A stretch of DNA of 64,000 bases from a virus (Duplodnaviria; Heunggongvirae; Uroviricota; Caudoviricetes): the IMG/VR virus record IMGVR_UViG_3300021399_004731. One strand, 5' to 3'. Below are positions 48,026 through 58,010 of the stretch, piece by piece. Numbering within the stretch: position 1 is the stretch's first letter; every line of letters begins with the position of its first letter. Below the pieces are notes generated by a model. That model was not told where the DNA came from and made no database searches. It saw only the letters and a list, made by a program, of their open reading frames with translations. Position numbers and translations under genes: made by a program.

Positions 48026-48184
48026 AGTGGAATTTTTTCCCCACCTCGATTAGTGTACTATGTATTGTATTGCTATACATTATTGTGCAAGGTTTTGATG
48101 GGGAAAAATTCCACATAGGCTTGCAAGCGTACAGTAAACTGTTATACAACTAGGCAAGCCGCTAGTGGAATAAATTCCCCACCC
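48026..48184. promoter_or_regulatory. Three copies of a palindromic operator-like site (GTGGAAT-n4/5-ATTCCCCAC) in the topB/helicase divergent region
   Basis: 48026-48045 AGTGGAATTTTTTCCCCACC. 48097-48114 inverted copy GATGGGGAAAAATTCCAC. 48162-48184 CTAGTGGAATAAATTCCCCACCC. Each contains a GGAA-n-TTCC dyad. Confidence 0.35.
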
Positions 48185-48489
48185 TAATTCATATACTATT
48201 TATCGTATAACTATACTTAATTAAAACACCTTTTGCAAAGACGCTGTGTTGTGCTAGTTTTAATATTTTCAGCGTGATAGAGCATGATACAGTCGTTTTT
48301 CATCCATATAGGTATTGCTCTCCATGGTTTTTAAAATGCCTTCCAGATAGCTTCTATCATTCTCATATACATTATTATTCTATATTATCATTGTTTTCTA
48401 TTGCTCTTGTTTTCTATCATTTTTCCTCTTTATTATGATTATTTATAATCACCATATGAGTGCATGACTGCACAGAAAGGAGAAAGAAT

Positions 48490-48786
48490 ATGGAAAAGAA
48501 TTTATGGACAATCACTCAGGAAGAAATCCAGAGAGGAGATGATGGCCTGAATGAAAGCTGGGAATTCTCAAGGGAGGATTTCTCAGGAACGGAAGATGAA
48601 GTCAAGAAACATCTTCTTGCAATTGTTGATGAATATGTAAGCTCAAGAAACGTATTCATTGAAGATTGTACTACATCAGCTGAAGAGCTTGATGTCGATG
48701 AGAGCAAAGGCATCATTAAGGCCTTTGTATGCTTCACCTACTGGCAATGGGGAAACCCAGTTGTCATTACCGCTATGAAAGCATGA
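48490..48786 (+). CDS. Small acidic protein (about 98 aa) upstream of the UvrD-like helicase
   Basis: Internal ATG (MEKNLWTITQEEIQ) with RBS AGAAAGGAGAAAG, within track ORF 48460..48786. Net acidic, no TM segment. Confidence 0.45.
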   Translation: MEKNLWTITQEEIQRGDDGLNESWEFSREDFSGTEDEVKKHLLAIVDEYVSSRNVFIEDCTTSAEELDVDESKGIIKAFVCFTYWQWGNPVVITAMKA

Positions 48787-49008
48787 TAGATTCCCCATAT
48801 GGGGAATTCTATTTTGCAATTTTCCCTATTTCTTTCTCTATTAATTTGCATATATCGCATTAATGTTATATAATTGTTATGTATAAATAAATATCTATTA
48901 TACATCATAATAATATAATGTACATGCTGATGTTCTCTCTCACTCATATCAGCAAACATGCATCATTGCATTCTGAAAGCATCACAGGAAAGGAGGTTAT
49001 TAATTTCC

Positions 49009-50895
49009 ATGATTGATTATAAATCTGTATTAGATGATGAACAGTATCTTGCTGTTACGTCATCAGTACAAGGCAACAAGATGGTCACAGCCAGTGCAGG
49101 AACAGGCAAGACCTACACGCTTACGCACAGGATTGCCTATCTGATTGAACACAATGTCAAGCCAGAGAACATCCTCTTGCTGACATTCACCAACAAGGCA
49201 GCAAGAGAAATGCTTGACAAGACTGCCAGACTCCTGAAGAATGAGCATATCGGCACGACTGCATCCGTCAAGGGAGGCACTTTTCATTCCATTGCTCTTG
49301 AATTCTTCTATAGATACGGCAGCATGATGAACGTTGACACATCAAGCTACACTGTCATCAGTACGGAAGATGCCAAGGATATCATTTCACTGAAAAGAGA
49401 AGCTATTGTAGAGGAATATAAGAAGATGGGCATCAAGGCATCCGCTGTGCCAACGCCAGCACAGACTCTTGGCATGATAAGCTCCGCCTTCAACAACAAC
49501 ACCACCATTGATGATGTGCTGAACAGCAGATACCGTATTACGCCAGCTGGAGCCAGGGCGGTCAGACGCATGGCTGATGCCTACAAGAGCTACAAGGAAG
49601 AGCATCATTTCTTTGACTTCGATGACCTGCTTGATATCTTCTGGAAGATGCTCAAGGATGAAAAGGTCAGAAGAGTCATTACAAGACAGTATCCTTATGT
49701 GCTTGTGGATGAGGTACAGGATATCAATATCATTCAGTACGACATCATCAAGATGCTTGAAGGCAACATGTTCATTGTCGGTGATACCAAGCAGGCTATC
49801 TACAGCTTCAGAGGAAGCCGTTCCGAATACATCCAGGACAGCACAACCTACTTCACAGGCTATGAGAGATTCTATCTCAGACATAATTACCGCTCATCAC
49901 AGGCTGTCATTGATGCAGCTAACAAATTCACGGACAGCTTCATGCCAGAGCTTGAAGGCAAGGAGAACCTCATCTGTACGACAGGCATGACAGGACATGT
50001 TCATGAAAAGGTCTACGGCACATCAAAAAACGAGGCTGAAGGCGTATGTGCATTAGTCAAGTCGCTTCCTAAGGATGAGACAACTGCCATTCTTCTTCGC
50101 ACCAACAGCGCATCAGCCAAGTATGAATCAGCCTTCGTGGAAAATGGCATCAGCTACAAGATGATGTGCGGTCTGCCTTTCTTCTCAAGAAAGCATGTCA
50201 GAGACATCACAGCCTTCATCAAGACCATTGACTCACCAGATGACGAGATTGCCTTCAGCAGGACGGCACTCCTCTTCCCTGGCATCGGCACAGCTGTCGC
50301 CTCCAAAATCTATGCATGCTGGAAAGCTGTCAACTTCAGCCATGATGAGTTCAAGAATTCCACAGAGCTTGTCTTCAATGACAAGACAAAGGAAGCCGTC
50401 AACGCCTTCACTGACATCATTCTTGCAGGTATGCAGGCTGAGAATATCAAGTCTGCCATCAGTCTGTTTGTCAGAAAATTCTATAATGACTATCTTGTCA
50501 GCACCTATCCTGAAATCTCAGAATATGAAGACAGAAAAAAAGATGTTGATACACTGATAGATATGACGAATGAACATAAGACAGCCAAGGAGCTTCTCAG
50601 CTACATCACGCTCATGGAATCAGGCAGAAAGGATGACGAGAACAAGTCCAATGTCATCATCATTACCGTTCACAGGGCCAAGGGGCTGGAATATGATAAC
50701 GTCATCATTCCAGAGCTGATGCAGAGTGTCTTTCCTATTGATGAAAAGGAAGAGGAAGAGAAAAACGTCTTCTATGTGGCACTCACGAGAGCCAAGAAGA
50801 ACATCTATCTCAGCCGATACACCAGAGGCAAAGGACCAGGATGGGGCAACAGCTATCCAAGAAAGTCCGTCTATGATGTTTTTAATATTGAATAA
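49009..50895 (+). CDS. Compact UvrD/PcrA/Rep-family SF1 helicase
   Basis: Motif I ASAGTGKT. Ia TFTNKAAREM. II VLVDEVQD. III VGDTKQAIYSFRGS. IV YRSSQAVIDAAN. VI VITVHRAKGLEYDNV...VALTRAKKNIYL. Start taken at MIDYKSVL after RBS AGGAGG. Confidence 0.8.
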   Translation: MIDYKSVLDDEQYLAVTSSVQGNKMVTASAGTGKTYTLTHRIAYLIEHNVKPENILLLTFTNKAAREMLDKTARLLKNEHIGTTASVKGGTFHSIALEFFYRYGSMMNVDTSSYTVISTEDAKDIISLKREAIVEEYKKMGIKASAVPTPAQTLGMISSAFNNNTTIDDVLNSRYRITPAGARAVRRMADAYKSYKEEHHFFDFDDLLDIFWKMLKDEKVRRVITRQYPYVLVDEVQDINIIQYDIIKMLEGNMFIVGDTKQAIYSFRGSRSEYIQDSTTYFTGYERFYLRHNYRSSQAVIDAANKFTDSFMPELEGKENLICTTGMTGHVHEKVYGTSKNEAEGVCALVKSLPKDETTAILLRTNSASAKYESAFVENGISYKMMCGLPFFSRKHVRDITAFIKTIDSPDDEIAFSRTALLFPGIGTAVASKIYACWKAVNFSHDEFKNSTELVFNDKTKEAVNAFTDIILAGMQAENIKSAISLFVRKFYNDYLVSTYPEISEYEDRKKDVDTLIDMTNEHKTAKELLSYITLMESGRKDDENKSNVIIITVHRAKGLEYDNVIIPELMQSVFPIDEKEEEEKNVFYVALTRAKKNIYLSRYTRGKGPGWGNSYPRKSVYDVFNIE

Positions 50896-50930
50896 GCATA
50901 AAAAAAGGACGCATATTAGCGTCTTTTCTT
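50893..50930. terminator. Terminator between convergent genes
   Basis: AAAAAAAGGACGCatattaGCGTCTTTTCTT. Confidence 0.5.
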
Positions 50931-50934
50931 ATGT

Positions 50935-51351
50935 CTAATAACTTTCTCGCATCTGCTTTAAGGCCTTTGCAGATTCACTGTCTATGGCTTCCCTTCCGCT
51001 TCCTGTCTTGCCACTAGCCAGTCCGTTAAGGGCCATCTCGCTGCCTTTTGAAACACTCTTGTTCATCTTGTCGGCTATTTTCTGTACAGCATCCTCATCA
51101 GGATGTGATTCAGCATGCACACGCATGGCTACAAAGTCCTTGTTATTCTTGACGGCGTGATAGCTGCCATTGACAATCAGAAATGCCGATACGGCTGACA
51201 GCATGACAGCCACCATGAAGTAGCCTGCCAGCTTCCATAGTTGCTGGCTGGTGAACCTGCGTCTCACTACGATAGCCGCCTCTTCTACGTCAGGCACGTA
51301 TCCCAGTATCTTCCTGACATTTCTTGCAAATGCGTTGGATTTTGCATTCAT
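50935..51351 (-). CDS. Membrane-anchored hypothetical protein
   Basis: ORF track. One TM helix YFMVAVMLSAVSAFLIV. Confidence 0.4.
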   Translation of the reverse strand: MNAKSNAFARNVRKILGYVPDVEEAAIVVRRRFTSQQLWKLAGYFMVAVMLSAVSAFLIVNGSYHAVKNNKDFVAMRVHAESHPDEDAVQKIADKMNKSVSKGSEMALNGLASGKTGSGREAIDSESAKALKQMRESY

Positions 51352-51559
51352 GATTCATCACCTCCATGATGAGCTAATATGCTAATGTTTTTGTCTTAGG
51401 ATTTCTATAGTGACTGGCAGACATGCTGATTTATCATCATATCCACAGGCAATGCTAGTTTCAGTAGCTTTGTTTTCTATGATATTTAATCATTATTACA
51501 AGAAAAAAAGACACAAAAAGAGAGGCACAAAAAGTGTCTCTCATTGCATTAATAGCATA

Positions 51560-52885
51560 TCATCCAAAGAGGTTGTCAGGGACATCTATTCCCCAGCCTG
51601 ACGTATCCACGAATACAAGGCTTGGACAGTCTTCAAACACACAGCTCATGCCGAATGCTGAAGTAGGTCTCCATTTAGATGTATCAATGATGGACAGCTT
51701 TTTACATCCACTGAACATATATCTGGCATCAGTGCATTTCCTGAAGCTAAAATGTCCGACATCAATGGATATCAGGCTGCTGCATCCATCAAACATGAAA
51801 GCCATGTTAGAGACGGCCGATGTTCTCAGATTTCTTGCATCCAGATATTTCAGTGACGCACATCCCTGGAACATGCCTTGCATACAGTTGGCATGAGATG
51901 TCTTCCAGCCATCGATATTCACCGATTCAAGATTATTACAGTTTAAGAACACGCAATAGAAATCCTTGGCTTTTCGAACATCCCATTTAGAAAGGTCTAA
52001 TGAGGTCAGGCCATAGCACCATGAAAACGTCTTGTTGAACGTTTTGACGTTTCTCACATCTAGGTCCTCAATTCCAGAAATGAGTTCAAGCTTTTGACAA
52101 TTCTCAAACATGCTGCACATAATTTCCATCTTTTCTGTGTTCCATTCTCTGATATACAGCTTGCTGAGAGCTGTACAGCTATAGAACATCTTAGAAGTGT
52201 TTCTAAGGCTGCTGACATCCCATGGAACAAGCCACAGCTCATTTAGCGATTCGCAAGACGAAAACATCCATGATGCATCTGTAACATGAGACACATTCAT
52301 GTTCTCTATGCCTTCAATATGCTTGAGGCTCTGACAGACAGAAAACATGCCACATGTGTTCACGAGGCTGGCTGTATTCCATCCTTTGATGTTAAGAGTT
52401 TTAAGCTTATTGCAATTAAGAAACATCATCTCCATCGTTGTGACATGAGATAAATCAGAAAAATGACATTCAATGGTGAAGGCATTTGAATTGTCTTCAA
52501 AGACACGCTGCATGTCCGTCACTTTCTCAGTGTTCGCACCATTGATGATAATCTGCTGAACAGATTCCATATAGTGAAACAGCTTAATGGAAATATTATC
52601 AAACTCTATCTCATCTGCCTCAGTTGTCATGAAAAGATTGTTTTCGTTCATGAAGAGGTAGATAGGAATATTGCCATCATCAATTCTCTTCAGCTTTGAT
52701 GTATCTCCTTTCAGATGTACATTTGTACCAATAGAGAAGCAATCGGGATTGTAATACATGTCGCTGTCATCTGTCAGGATATTGGCAAAATTGAGGTCAC
52801 TTAAATACAATGCACTCACCAAATCCTTATCAAATTTTGCTATTTTGCTCATATGCATTTTTCTCCTTTCTGTACTAAACAGCAC
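51560..52885 (-). CDS. BspA-type leucine-rich-repeat protein (cytoplasmic)
   Basis: Repeating about 22-residue units with the L..L.I...V..I...AF..C..L pattern (e.g. FQGCASLKYLDARNLRTSAVSNMAFMFDGCSSLISIDV). No signal peptide. Confidence 0.6.
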   Translation of the reverse strand: MLFSTERRKMHMSKIAKFDKDLVSALYLSDLNFANILTDDSDMYYNPDCFSIGTNVHLKGDTSKLKRIDDGNIPIYLFMNENNLFMTTEADEIEFDNISIKLFHYMESVQQIIINGANTEKVTDMQRVFEDNSNAFTIECHFSDLSHVTTMEMMFLNCNKLKTLNIKGWNTASLVNTCGMFSVCQSLKHIEGIENMNVSHVTDASWMFSSCESLNELWLVPWDVSSLRNTSKMFYSCTALSKLYIREWNTEKMEIMCSMFENCQKLELISGIEDLDVRNVKTFNKTFSWCYGLTSLDLSKWDVRKAKDFYCVFLNCNNLESVNIDGWKTSHANCMQGMFQGCASLKYLDARNLRTSAVSNMAFMFDGCSSLISIDVGHFSFRKCTDARYMFSGCKKLSIIDTSKWRPTSAFGMSCVFEDCPSLVFVDTSGWGIDVPDNLFG

Positions 52886-52975
52886 ATTAATATAAGCATT
52901 AATAGTTAATCATATTGGGCAATAGAACAAAAAAAGCATAGCCGTGAGGCTATGCCGTATCATTGATATTATATC

Positions 52976-53857
52976 TTATAGATGAAGTGCTCTGTCAGCT
53001 ATCTCAGCAGTGCGGCCCTGATTCCAGTATTGAGTTCCAATGTAACCACATGTACGTCTTGTGACATGCATGGTTGACTGGTTTCTGTTGCCACAGTTAG
53101 GACACTCCCATACGAGCTTGCCTGTTTCTTCGTCCTTGACAATCTGGATTTCTCCATCATAGCCGCATTTCTCACAGAAGTCTGATTTTGTATTCAGCTC
53201 TGCATAGACATTCGTCTCATAGATATGCTTCATGACTTCAAGGACGGCCAGCAGGTTGTCCTGCAGGTTAGGTACCTCAACATAGTTGACTACGCCTCCT
53301 GGGCTCAGGTGCTGAAATTCAGCTTCAAGTGACAGCTTTGTAAAGGCATCAATAGGCTCAGTGACATGGACATGGAAGGAATTGGTGATATAGTCCTTGT
53401 CAGTCACGTGCTCTATGACGCCAAAGCGTCTCTTAAGGCACTTAGCAAACTTGTAGGTCGTAGACTCAAGAGGTGTTCCATAGACGGAATAGGCAATATT
53501 CTCGGCTTCCTTCCATCTTGCACATGCGTCATTGAGTCTCTGCATGACCTCAAGAGCAAAGGCCTTTCCTTCTTCTGTCGTATGTGAGACACCTAGCATG
53601 TAATAAGTCATTTCTGCAATGCCTGCATAGCCAAGACTGATAGTTGAATAGCCGTTGTAGAGCAGCTTGTCTATTGTCTCTCCTGGCTTAAGTCTTGCAT
53701 AGGCTCCATCCTGCCAGAGGATTGGAGCGACATCACTAGGCGTGCCTAGCAGTCTTTCATGACGCAGACGCAGTGCCCTGTGACACAGTTCCAGTCTCTC
53801 GTCAAGAATTTCAAAGAACTTCTTCATATCCTTTTTGGATGAGCAGGCTACATCCAC
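52976..53857 (-). CDS. nrdD: Anaerobic ribonucleoside-triphosphate reductase NrdD, 3' exon (C-terminal third including zinc ribbon and glycyl-radical motif)
   Basis: CEKCGY...CPNCG zinc ribbon. C-terminal glycyl radical motif RRTCGYIGT. The frame starts with GTG and is open into the intron. Confidence 0.78.
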   Translation of the reverse strand: MDVACSSKKDMKKFFEILDERLELCHRALRLRHERLLGTPSDVAPILWQDGAYARLKPGETIDKLLYNGYSTISLGYAGIAEMTYYMLGVSHTTEEGKAFALEVMQRLNDACARWKEAENIAYSVYGTPLESTTYKFAKCLKRRFGVIEHVTDKDYITNSFHVHVTEPIDAFTKLSLEAEFQHLSPGGVVNYVEVPNLQDNLLAVLEVMKHIYETNVYAELNTKSDFCEKCGYDGEIQIVKDEETGKLVWECPNCGNRNQSTMHVTRRTCGYIGTQYWNQGRTAEIADRALHL

Positions 53858-53864
53858 AAGGTTG

Positions 53865-54600
53865 ATTGTGACGACTCCTTGGTTGACAGTCGTTTACCCT
53901 AGACTATTTGTTCCAGTCGAAATGACTGGCGATGTGCTTGGGCTGGTGACAATACTCCAGCCTACGGGGCTACACTCATCACCCCTAGTCGTTAGACCTT
54001 CTAGCATATTAAGATTATTTATCTTTTCGTAAGCAATACATATATATCGTTCGTTAAACCAATTTCTACTAAGTACACGTTTTATATTTTTATTTTTACA
54101 ATGGTGTCCTGCATAATCAAAAAAATTAAAAGCTGGTACAAATAGCAATAACTTGTCTGTTAATTTATCATAAACCAATAAATAATGCATGTTTCCTATT
54201 GAATGACCATTTTCTATTCTATCATTTGTATTTTGTTTTTGATTTCCAAGATACAAATTATTATAATGATTATTCCTTTTATTATCATCTTTATGATTTA
54301 TTTGCATATTTGAAGGAATTATTCCAACCCATGTAATATATACAAGTTTATGTACTTTAACATGACGAGAATGAATATCAACTCTTTCGTATCCATCTTT
54401 ATCAATATATTTTTTTAAAGTTCTTTTTATATAGTTTGAATAGACATCTCCATCTGCACTTACATAGTAATAATCATCATATGATTTAAAAACCTTTCCA
54501 AGATAAATAATTTCTTTTTGCATATTACCTCTTTTTTAATATACTAGCTTGGCACAGCATTTGTACTGTTAGCAGGGAAATATCCCCACACCGCTTTGTC
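53865..54600 (-). mobile_element. Group I intron interrupting nrdD. Boundaries approximate.
   Basis: About 740-bp insertion between the two nrdD reading frames. Contains a free-standing HNH ORF with its own RBS. Minus-strand RNA shows group-I R-like (ACGACUAGG, plus coordinates 53986-53992) and S-like (AAAUAGUCUAGG, 53900-53906) elements able to form P7. A P9-like hairpin CGACUGUCAACCAAGGAGUCG lies just before the 3' exon. Confidence 0.55.
53894..54523 (-). CDS. Intron-encoded HNH homing endonuclease
   Basis: RBS AAAGAGGTAAT-ATG. N-terminal NUMOD4-like YLGKVFKSYDDYYYVSADGDVYS. HNH motif INHKDDNKRNNHYNNLYLGNQKQN. C-terminal tail reads through intron structural elements. Confidence 0.72.
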   Translation of the reverse strand: MQKEIIYLGKVFKSYDDYYYVSADGDVYSNYIKRTLKKYIDKDGYERVDIHSRHVKVHKLVYITWVGIIPSNMQINHKDDNKRNNHYNNLYLGNQKQNTNDRIENGHSIGNMHYLLVYDKLTDKLLLFVPAFNFFDYAGHHCKNKNIKRVLSRNWFNERYICIAYEKINNLNMLEGLTTRGDECSPVGWSIVTSPSTSPVISTGTNSLG

Positions 54601-56031
54601 ATGCGTTCGCATCGTTTAAGGACGGCTCAACGGGGAGTTTGGTCAACCGTCCATAGTATTTATGTTTATGTGCGTCATAATTGCCAGCATTGGCAACGTT
54701 GCCAAGTCCTGCATCAGTGAATGTATCAGGCGTCAGGAATGAACGGCAGCCCATCGGAGGGTACACGTCACCCTTCAGTTCCTTCATCTTCTTGACGCTC
54801 ACATAGTCAGGCACCAGTCTCTTTGCCGTGCACTTGGCAGCCAGCTCAGTCAGATGGTAGTACTTGGAATCCTCATGAATATTGTCCTCGTCAAGAGCAT
54901 AGATGAGCTTAGGAAAGGCTGGAGAGACGTAATGTCCTGTCTTGTCCTTGACTCCTTTGATTCTCTGTCTGAGCATGGTTTCAATGATGAGAGCCAGGTC
55001 GTCACGAGTCTGTCCTTCAGGCACTTCATCAAGATACATGAAGATAGTAATGAAAGGCGCCTGTCCGTTTGTAGATGACAACGTAATTTCCTGATACTGG
55101 ATGGTCTGGCATCCTGCCTCCACTTCCTTTCTGACTTCCTTCTCGACAAAGGCATTTAGCTCATCCTCTGACAGTTGAGGCAGTTCCTCTCTGAAACGCT
55201 TCTTCATCTTCTGTCTTGAGACATCAACGAATGGAGCAAGGTGAGCAAGCGTAATGGTCTGTCCGCCATACTGCGAGCTGGCAACAGCTGCACTAATCTG
55301 GCTTGTCACCGTGCATGCTGTAATGAATGATTTTGGCGAGTCAATCTTCGTGCCAGAGATGCATGTTCCATTATTCAGCATGTCCTCAAGATTAATGAGG
55401 CAGCAGTTTGTCATGAGATTAGCAAAGTAGTCAGAATCATGGAAATGAATGATGCCTTCCTCATGTGCCTTCCTGATATCTTCTGGAAGCAGGTATTTGT
55501 TTGTGTAATATCTTGACCATTCCCCTGCCATGTAGTCTCTCTGGGTGGAAATGATGGTGACATTCTTGTTGGAATTTTCTGTTGAGGCTTCCTCGTTTCT
55601 GACAGTGACATTGCCTGTTCTGTCTACGGCGACTTCCGTCACGCCTTCAATCTTCTTGTCAATGTCACTGAGACTGCGTTTTTCAGTCTGCTTGTGACGG
55701 TAGTCATGGAACAGCATGAAGACCTCATAGCTGCGTGAGCAGATTTCCCTCTCCACGATGTCCTGTATTTCCTCCACTGACATAGGACGTTCTGTCTTGA
55801 AGATGATGCTTGAGACGGTATCCACGATTTCCTCTATCTGTGATTCCGTCAGCTGGCATCTTTCACGCTTCTCTTCGGCATTGGCCTTTTCAATAGCCTT
55901 GCGTATCTTGACTGGCGTAAAGACTTCCGAAGAGCCGTTTCTCTTGATGATGCGGACAGTAGGCTCCATGTTGGCATCCTTCAGGCTGTCATAGCCGCTT
56001 GTATAAGCATTATCAGCATTATCTGTATTCA
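54599..56031 (-). CDS. nrdD: Anaerobic ribonucleoside-triphosphate reductase NrdD, 5' exon (ATP cone plus most of the barrel). The last residues of the frame are intron-derived.
   Basis: Start set at MNTDNADNAY (RBS GGAGGG 8 nt upstream) rather than the upstream in-frame ATG in the track. ATP-cone-like VRIIKRNGSSEVFTPVKIRKAIEKA. Class III RNR core. Frame ends at 54599 after the exon/intron junction. Confidence 0.75.
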
Positions 56032-56186
56032 TATGTTTTACCCTCCTATAACGATGTTGTATTAGTTTGAAATTCAAGAAAACAGCACATAAGAGCATTT
56101 GAGGCTCCAATATAGGAGCCATAGTTTCTATTCTATTTGAATTATCAAATGTCCTCTCTGATGTTTTCTATCTTTATTATATCATA

Positions 56187-56690
56187 TTAATGTGCTGTTT
56201 GATGACGGTCAGTACCATCCTCTATGATAGTGCCATCATGACTGATGGTATACTGATTAGCAGAGCCACTGTACTTTCTCGTGATATCTCTCATGGAGAG
56301 GACGAATCTTCCATATGTCACATAGTCACACATGGCGGCAATTTCCTTCTGTCTGTCGTCCAGCTCTTCCATTCGATATCCCGTCCACAGCCAGACCTTC
56401 TTGTCTGGAAATCTTGCACGGCAGTCAGCGATGATGTACATGACATCATCCAGATGCTCGTGTGCCAGCGGCTCACCTCCTAACAGTGACAGGTGGTCAA
56501 TATGCTCATTAGCCAGCAGCTTCATGATATGGCTATGCATGTCGGCATCATATTCATCACCATAATCAAAGTTCCATGCTTCCTCATTGAAGCAGCCATC
56601 ACAATGGAAATGGCATCCTGAGACAAAGACGGACACGCCTATGCCAACTCCGTTGGATGTATCGAAGTTCTTGATGTTTGCAATATGCAT
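56187..56690 (-). CDS. nrdG: Anaerobic ribonucleotide reductase activating protein NrdG (radical SAM)
   Basis: 167 aa. Cys cluster GCHFHCDGCFN typical of NrdG. Located immediately 5' of nrdD. Confidence 0.78.
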   Translation of the reverse strand: MHIANIKNFDTSNGVGIGVSVFVSGCHFHCDGCFNEEAWNFDYGDEYDADMHSHIMKLLANEHIDHLSLLGGEPLAHEHLDDVMYIIADCRARFPDKKVWLWTGYRMEELDDRQKEIAAMCDYVTYGRFVLSMRDITRKYSGSANQYTISHDGTIIEDGTDRHQTAH

Positions 56691-56969
56691 TCTGTTTGTT
56701 CATCTCCTTGCTATCATGCATAGATGCTTGATTTGCTGTGTTTTGGCATGATACAGCCGTTTTTATTCCTTTCTTGTATTGTCTGTCCTACCTTTCTGCA
56801 TTTTACAGCTCTATCACGCTGTATCATGCTTTTTTGCATCCATGTCGGTTTTCTTAATTTCTTTAGTTTCTTTTATTTCTTGTACACTTATATTATATTT
56901 TATTTATGCATTAATGTCAAAAATAATGGCATCAAAATGATATAATATAATCATATAGGAGGACAGAGA

Positions 56970-57908
56970 ATGGATAACAACGACACATGGTATACGATAA
57001 ACTACGTCATGCATACAGACAGAGAGATAGAAAAGGAGACTGTCAAAAGAAAGGAAGATGTCAAGACATCATTGCTGGTTGACTGCAGGTCCCAGCATTA
57101 CAGCGTATACGTAAAAACAAAAACAGTCTTAGAAACAAGGACAAATTCTCATACAGCTTCAACGGGATATCATAACAACAGCAGGTTGATTTACGTACCT
57201 GATGGATGTACCATTGAAGATATAGAAAAAGGCAAAAGCATCTCAGCAGAAAGGAATGATAGTTCCATGTCATTTGCAGGCATCATCATGATGAAAGACG
57301 GCCTTCTGGCATTCAGCGACTCAAAAGGCACAAGAATGGACAAATATGGCAACAGGAAGGAAGATGCTGGAAGACATGTCCAGAAGGTCTTCCGATATCA
57401 CGGCACGCTCATCGTTACGCATGGTATAAACGAAATAAGAATAAAAAGGAATGATGACATCATTTCTCTTGAAGACTATATCAATGATGGCATCAGGCAG
57501 AAAAAGGGTATCATGGGAATGCTAGATGAGATTGGGCAATCCAGCTCCGTGCAGGATGATGGTTATGCCTATCATTTTATCATTGGAGGCATCATGCTGG
57601 ATGCCTACTGCATTGAAGATATTGTCGTAGAAAAGAAAGAAGACGGCAATCCAGTTGCCATCATGGGAAAGCTGTATCAATCAAAGACTGACAACAGAAA
57701 GTATGCCTATGTCAATGATACAGGAGCATATCCCTACACAAAAGATTTCTTCAATGTCTTTCTCAATGGCATCATGAACAGGGATATGCCTGCCACTCAG
57801 GCATCAGAAGAGCTGTCATCATGGATGGAAGAGGAAATCAATGAGATTGACAGGACAGCATTCTACAATATTGCTGGAATGCCATTGCAGATGGAAATAT
57901 TGCAGTAG
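56970..57908 (+). CDS. Proteasome/HslV-like Ntn-hydrolase-fold protein, paralog 1, with about 100-aa N-terminal extension
   Basis: RBS TAGGAGGAC. Core SMSFAGIIMMKDGLLAFSDSKGTR...VQKVFRY...HFIIGG parallels proteasome beta/HslV TTIVGV..DGVVLAADSRAT...K(33)...GxDxxGxxLY. Paralogous to 58011..58748 and 60962..61702. Confidence 0.5.
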   Translation: MDNNDTWYTINYVMHTDREIEKETVKRKEDVKTSLLVDCRSQHYSVYVKTKTVLETRTNSHTASTGYHNNSRLIYVPDGCTIEDIEKGKSISAERNDSSMSFAGIIMMKDGLLAFSDSKGTRMDKYGNRKEDAGRHVQKVFRYHGTLIVTHGINEIRIKRNDDIISLEDYINDGIRQKKGIMGMLDEIGQSSSVQDDGYAYHFIIGGIMLDAYCIEDIVVEKKEDGNPVAIMGKLYQSKTDNRKYAYVNDTGAYPYTKDFFNVFLNGIMNRDMPATQASEELSSWMEEEINEIDRTAFYNIAGMPLQMEILQ

Positions 57909-57909
57909 A

Positions 57910-57935
57910 GCCACCATTAAAGGTGGTTTTTTCTA
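57910..57935 (+). terminator. Rho-independent terminator
   Basis: CCACCattaaaGGTGG followed by TTTTTTCT. Confidence 0.5.
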
Positions 57936-58010
57936 TTATTTTGATTAATAGTCATTTTATCATCCTTCTGCATGATTAAATATGCACTAAAATGCAGGAG
58001 GACTAAAACA

